A stretch of DNA of 42,579 nt from Octopus bimaculoides. Taxonomy: Eukaryota. The stretch is taken from assembly GCF_001194135.2 (NCBI RefSeq), contig NC_068982.1:24682822-24725400 (forward strand), written 5' to 3'. This document shows positions 37,691 to 42,579 of the stretch, piece by piece. The notes under the pieces are model-generated. The model was not told the origin of the DNA, ran no database searches, and saw nothing but the letters and a program-made list of their open reading frames with translations. Within the stretch, counting starts at the first letter, position 1; every line of letters starts with the position of its first letter. Position numbers and translations under genes: made by a program.

Positions 37691-38099
37691 AGCATCTATT
37701 GCGAGGTACTATTGATAGCGTTTCTTCAAAAAGAATAGAAAATAGACATCTTTTGTTCTATCAAATCGCACTCAATTACAGGTGACGGGCTAGAAAGAGG
37801 CAGAAGATATATAAATGTGTGTATATATAAATGTGTGTATANNNNNNNNNNNNNNNNNNNNNNNNNNNNNNNNNNNNNNNNNNNNNNNNNNNNNNNNNNN
37901 NNNNNNNNNNNNNNNNNNNNNNNNNNNNNNNNNNNNNNNNNNNNNNNNNNNNNNNNNNNNNNNNNNNNNNNNNNNNNNNNNNNNNNNNNNNNNNNNNNNN
38001 NNNNNNNNNNNNNNNNNNNNNNNNNNNNNNNNNNNNNNNNNNNNNNNNNNNNNNNNNNNNNNNNNNNNNNNNNNNNNNNNNNNNNNNNNNNNNNNNNNN

Positions 38100-38131
<32 letters not shown>

Positions 38132-38163
38132 GTATACATACATATATATACATTTATATATGC

Positions 38164-38198
<35 letters not shown>

Positions 38199-38789
38199 AA
38201 CACACACACAAATATACGTATGTATATATACACACCAATATATACATTAACAGACATGTGTGCATACATGTATGTGTGTATGTATGTGTTTATGTATGTG
38301 TTTGTGTGTGTATGGTTTACAACGCAAACACACACACACACACACACAAACACATTAATAAACACTAGCAAATTTCGTTGTATAAAGATCGAGTACTTCT
38401 TATCCGCAATGCTCAAAGGACAGATCAAGACTGTAATGATGCAAAGCAAGCCATCGAAGACTATTGCCATGTAGATCAATCGATCTGTTGAAACAGGCAG
38501 ACAGAACGAATTAGTTCCGACAGTCAATCACAATAAATGATTATCAATCACAGAATCAGTGGACTGACTTATCTTTGCTTCTAGAATTATCAATGTTTGA
38601 TAATTTATAGAAGAAAGGAAAATGGCATAAACATTGTTCAATATACTTCGATTCATCCCAGCGTCTATATATTGATTTTTATCTGTNNNNNNNNNNNNNN
38701 NNNNNNNNNNNNNNNNNNNNNNNNNNNNNNNNNNNNNNNNNNNNNNNNNNNNNNNNNNNNNNNNNNNNNNNNNNNNNNNNNNNNNNGAT

Positions 38790-38965
38790 CTATAATAAGA
38801 GGTCTTCCAGCCGTGACCATGCCATCATGTTTTCATTTTTAGAAGATAATAATTTTAAGTTAAATTGCGGAAGGTACCCCCAAACACTTTTCTAAGGGGT
38901 GGAGCAGGGTATTAATGTATAATTTGAGGGAGTTATTTCTAGCAGAACAATGCGCCACGTAAAGG
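38790..38965 (+). mobile_element. Unclassified interspersed repeat fragment
   Basis: ttatttctagca...cacgt is shared in inverted orientation with ~40765-40795 (acgtcaccaacattgctagaaataa). Confidence 0.4.
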
Positions 38966-41079
38966 ATTTCCTACATTAATTCATGAAAAATACATGTTAT
39001 TAATGTGGACATGTGTACTTTATATATAAGTACATATACGTACGTAAATAAACATACATACACACACATATAATATATATCATATATTATATAATCACAT
39101 ATAAACATAAATGTACATACCTATATATGTGTATGCATACACACATACATACATATACATACGTACACACTTGTATCAATGTGTGTGTGAAAGAATTTAT
39201 TTATATACTTTATAGATAAATCAAAGAATATGTAGCTCAAATATATATTTTCTCTTAACGGTTGTTTGGAATTTAGTATCTTACGTTATTATTTATGTGC
39301 GTTAGTTTAAGCACACTCACACGCTTACACTCGAGATACGTGCATATACACACAGACGCGCGCACACATATAGCCAAGATATGTAATGAATAAATCATTT
39401 TACATAATCTTTTGGTTATGTGTATATATATATATATTAGTGGAAATTGTTTCAGCCTGCTTATTTATGTGTGCGGACAATTAGATATGTGCATTCATTA
39501 TAGAGAATGATTAGTTGTATGTAAAACAGTAAAAGTGTTTAATCTAAAGTGTGTACAAACTGTATAGAATATGATGAATATAATGTACAATTCACAGAGA
39601 ATAGCGTTCACTCACTATAGACGTTGAATACGTGTTGATCTCCATCGCTTTCCTTATATTTTGTCACAATATTCTTATATAATATATTCGACAAAATTTA
39701 CATTCAAAATCTTGTGTAATTTCGAAATCTCTAAGACCATATAAATGATAATAAAACATTTCATAAAGCTACGAATATTCAATAAATAATATGTGATATA
39801 TCGTACGGATTACTATTATATATTTTTTTTATTTTATAAAAATGTTAAAAATATCTTAAATATCTGAACATGTCTGTTATTTATATATATATATATACAT
39901 AAAACAAAAATGGTGTTGAAACACTTCATATTAAGTAACAGTACATAGATTTTTCAGAATCATTGGATTTGTTTTTTCTATCGATTAAGACGAACCTAAA
40001 CAAATATGATTATATTGCAATAATTGAATTACACAATGGTGCCAATTTTCAGAACAAGCGTGGTAGATTAGATTATATACCTCATAAGGTAATTGCACAT
40101 AAAATATTCAATCTATATTTATTGTATAGTCATAGTGACCTTTTGGATTATTGAACACAGCCATACCAGTTAGTTTGTATTTCAACACACAATGCGCAGA
40201 TACAGCATAATTTACTGAAGTAAACTTAAAGGTTATTTCAGAAAATATTTGTTTTCACATTTAATCTGACTCTGATTCTCTAATTGACCAACATAGTATA
40301 CCCTTTTACATGATATGAAATAGACCCCAATAACTTTTCTTTCTTAATGCTAAACAAGTTTATGAACATATCTATGAACATATTTACAAATAAGTGAATC
40401 AGACAAAGACAACTAAGATGCTAGAGAGTTTACTGTATTGAATTAGCCTCCAGAAAGACAATTGTCATATTTATGTGGTGGCGCCTTTATATTGGAATCA
40501 TTTATTTCATAGAATTTCATTAATAGTAGAGTATACGCTGATGATTAAGCCTTTGGCAATGATAACAAGTAGAAATTAATGTTAGTTTGTACATAAATAC
40601 ATTGACACACATACACGTACGCTCATATTTACACACTCACACACTCACTCACACACACACACACACTCACACACACTTACACACTTTCACACACACACAC
40701 ACACTCACACACACACACAAACCACTCACACTTTCAGACATATATATATAAACATGACTAAGGGTGACACGTCACCAACATTGCTAGAAATAAGAGCTAA
40801 CATGCTCCTATTCTGTTATATAGCATGTAACATATATTCTGATAGGGGTTGCAATCGCCCCGAACTGTGAACTCCTTAATGGTATAACATTGCAACTTGC
40901 TGTTTTTGTTAATTTATACATACACATACACACACATACAAACACACACACACATACACACATACAAGCACACACACACATACACACAAACACACACACA
41001 CATACAAGCACACACTCACATATACACATATGTTTATATACATGCATACATACATATACACATACAACGTAAACGTACG

Positions 41080-41215
41080 CAGTGTTGCCCAAGTAACCCT
41101 TTTGTAGAAAAATGCACTGTATTTAAATATTTTACCATCAAACTCCTCGGAAGGATTTGAACACAGAATGTAAAGAGAAGACAGTCATAGTATACAAACA
41201 GTTCTCATGGCACCA
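41080..41215 (-). mobile_element. Diverged SINE of the 2996-3227 family
   Basis: Reverse complement ctttacattctgtgttcaaatccttccgagg matches ctttacgttctgagttcaaattccgccgagg. Confidence 0.65.
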
Positions 41216-41244
41216 GTACACTGTTTACAGATACTTACATTCTT

Positions 41245-41248
41245 TATG

Positions 41249-41339
<91 letters not shown>

Positions 41340-41411
41340 CAACAACAACAATAATAATAATAATATTAATAATATAACAACAACAACAACAGCAACAACA
41401 TCAACAACAAC

Positions 41412-41487
<76 letters not shown>

Positions 41488-41500
41488 GTAATAATAATAA
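41245..41500. repeat. (AAT)n/(AAC)n compound microsatellite
   Basis: Direct. Confidence 0.95.
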
Positions 41501-41933
41501 GTTTCAATTGATGTGAGTCTGTTGCACATACAAAGCATTTACATTGACCATACTCATTTGAAATGACAGAGCGTGGTGTGTGCCGTATATCATACAACTA
41601 CTGCAAACTAGAAACATTGTGTACTGGATAATGTCACTGAAAGTAGCGTCTGCAAATCTCCTTGATTTCTATCTTGCTATTATCTTACTAATATAAATAT
41701 GTACATGTCATGTCTCTTTTATTATGTATTCCTCGTGTGTGTCCTAATTTTGGGCTATATACATTCCAGCCTTCTTCGGGTGCCTTGTGAATCACCTCAG
41801 TGCCTCGCTTGAGACTGAACTCAGAAACTTTAGGCGACTGCATTACATTTCAGTACATTCATTCATTACGCTGTTCTCGTAGGCAGTGTCTGAATGAAAT
41901 GTTAAGGCTTGCAAATTTCGTCTGATATTTTAT

Positions 41934-41950
41934 ATCGGCCCCGGGCCGAT
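41934..41950. other. GC-rich palindrome ATCGGCCC-C-GGGCCGAT
   Basis: 8-bp perfect inverted repeat with a 1-nt centre in an AT-rich context. Confidence 0.8.
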
Positions 41951-42439
41951 TGAATAGTACAATTCTATATTTCTGAAATGAGGAATTCATATATTAGTGA
42001 AAGCAACAATCAAGATGTGGATACCGCTCTGACTAATACGTAATATACAAATTCTTCATCTCAGAAATATAGAAAGGTATATTTCGCTTTTCTTCTCTAT
42101 AATTATTTCTGTCGTTTATATGTGTTTTCTACACAGTCTACCATATGTAGGAGCAAATTTGTTTCTATCAATGTATTTTGCTTGTAATCATCTTGTTAGA
42201 ATACAAACGACATAACAAATACTTTGTAATCATGTGAAACCAGATTTATACCCACTTAAATGTTTCCTAGATAAAAATAATTGGTTTCGTGTTATTTTCT
42301 AGTAATATACGGCTCATGTTCCTGTTTGGATAGCCTCTATCTATTTGAATACTACGGTGAAAATGCAATAGGGAATGATAATCTGGACACTTAAAGCATA
42401 CTATCGTAAATATATACATAAGCAAAAGAAAATACATAC

Positions 42440-42489
<50 letters not shown>

Positions 42490-42579
42490 GTGTGTGTGTG
42501 TATGCATAAAAACATATTTATATATCTATATATACAATGTGTGTGTGCATGGATATATACACACACACACACACACACA

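Noticed and set aside
3341-38842. Long ORFs spanning N-gaps (gaps at 3573-3914, 5162-5542, 6778-7429, 10543-10668, 12898-13762, 15175-15266, 37842-38099, 38687-38786)
   Set aside because: They stay open only because N codons are not stops; flanks are mostly (AT)n assembly breakpoints
1-42579. CRISPR arrays, rRNA or true tRNA genes
   Set aside because: None seen; the A/B boxes belong to SINE heads, not to complete cloverleaves

Overview
AT-rich, microsatellite-dense eukaryotic draft sequence with 8 N-gaps. The SINE and LINE repertoire resembles that of octopus or another coleoid cephalopod; this is an inference from remembered repeat families, not a database result. No protein-coding gene can be identified confidently. 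Most listed ORFs are artefacts of N-gaps or microsatellites, or are fragments of transposable elements. Supported content: Penelope-like (PLE) RT and GIY-YIG remnants, a CR1-clade LINE 3' end, two R4/Dong-type restriction-like-endonuclease LINE fragments, a decayed L1/Tx1-like LINE, an RTE-like remnant, two Tc1/mariner (maT-like) pieces, a hAT-type MITE with ~165-bp TIRs, several tRNA-derived SINEs (one with a perfect 19-bp TSD) and a Helentron/HINE-like element. The strongest unannotated signal is two minimal type I hammerhead ribozymes on the + strand (21316-21390, well formed; 26054-26115, with a weaker stem I). Both have long interrupted stem II hairpins and self-complementary, dimer-competent stem III regions. 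Two degenerate hammerhead cores are also present. A few isolated exon-like islands on both strands suggest the window could be intronic within a large gene, but they cannot be assembled into a reliable model.
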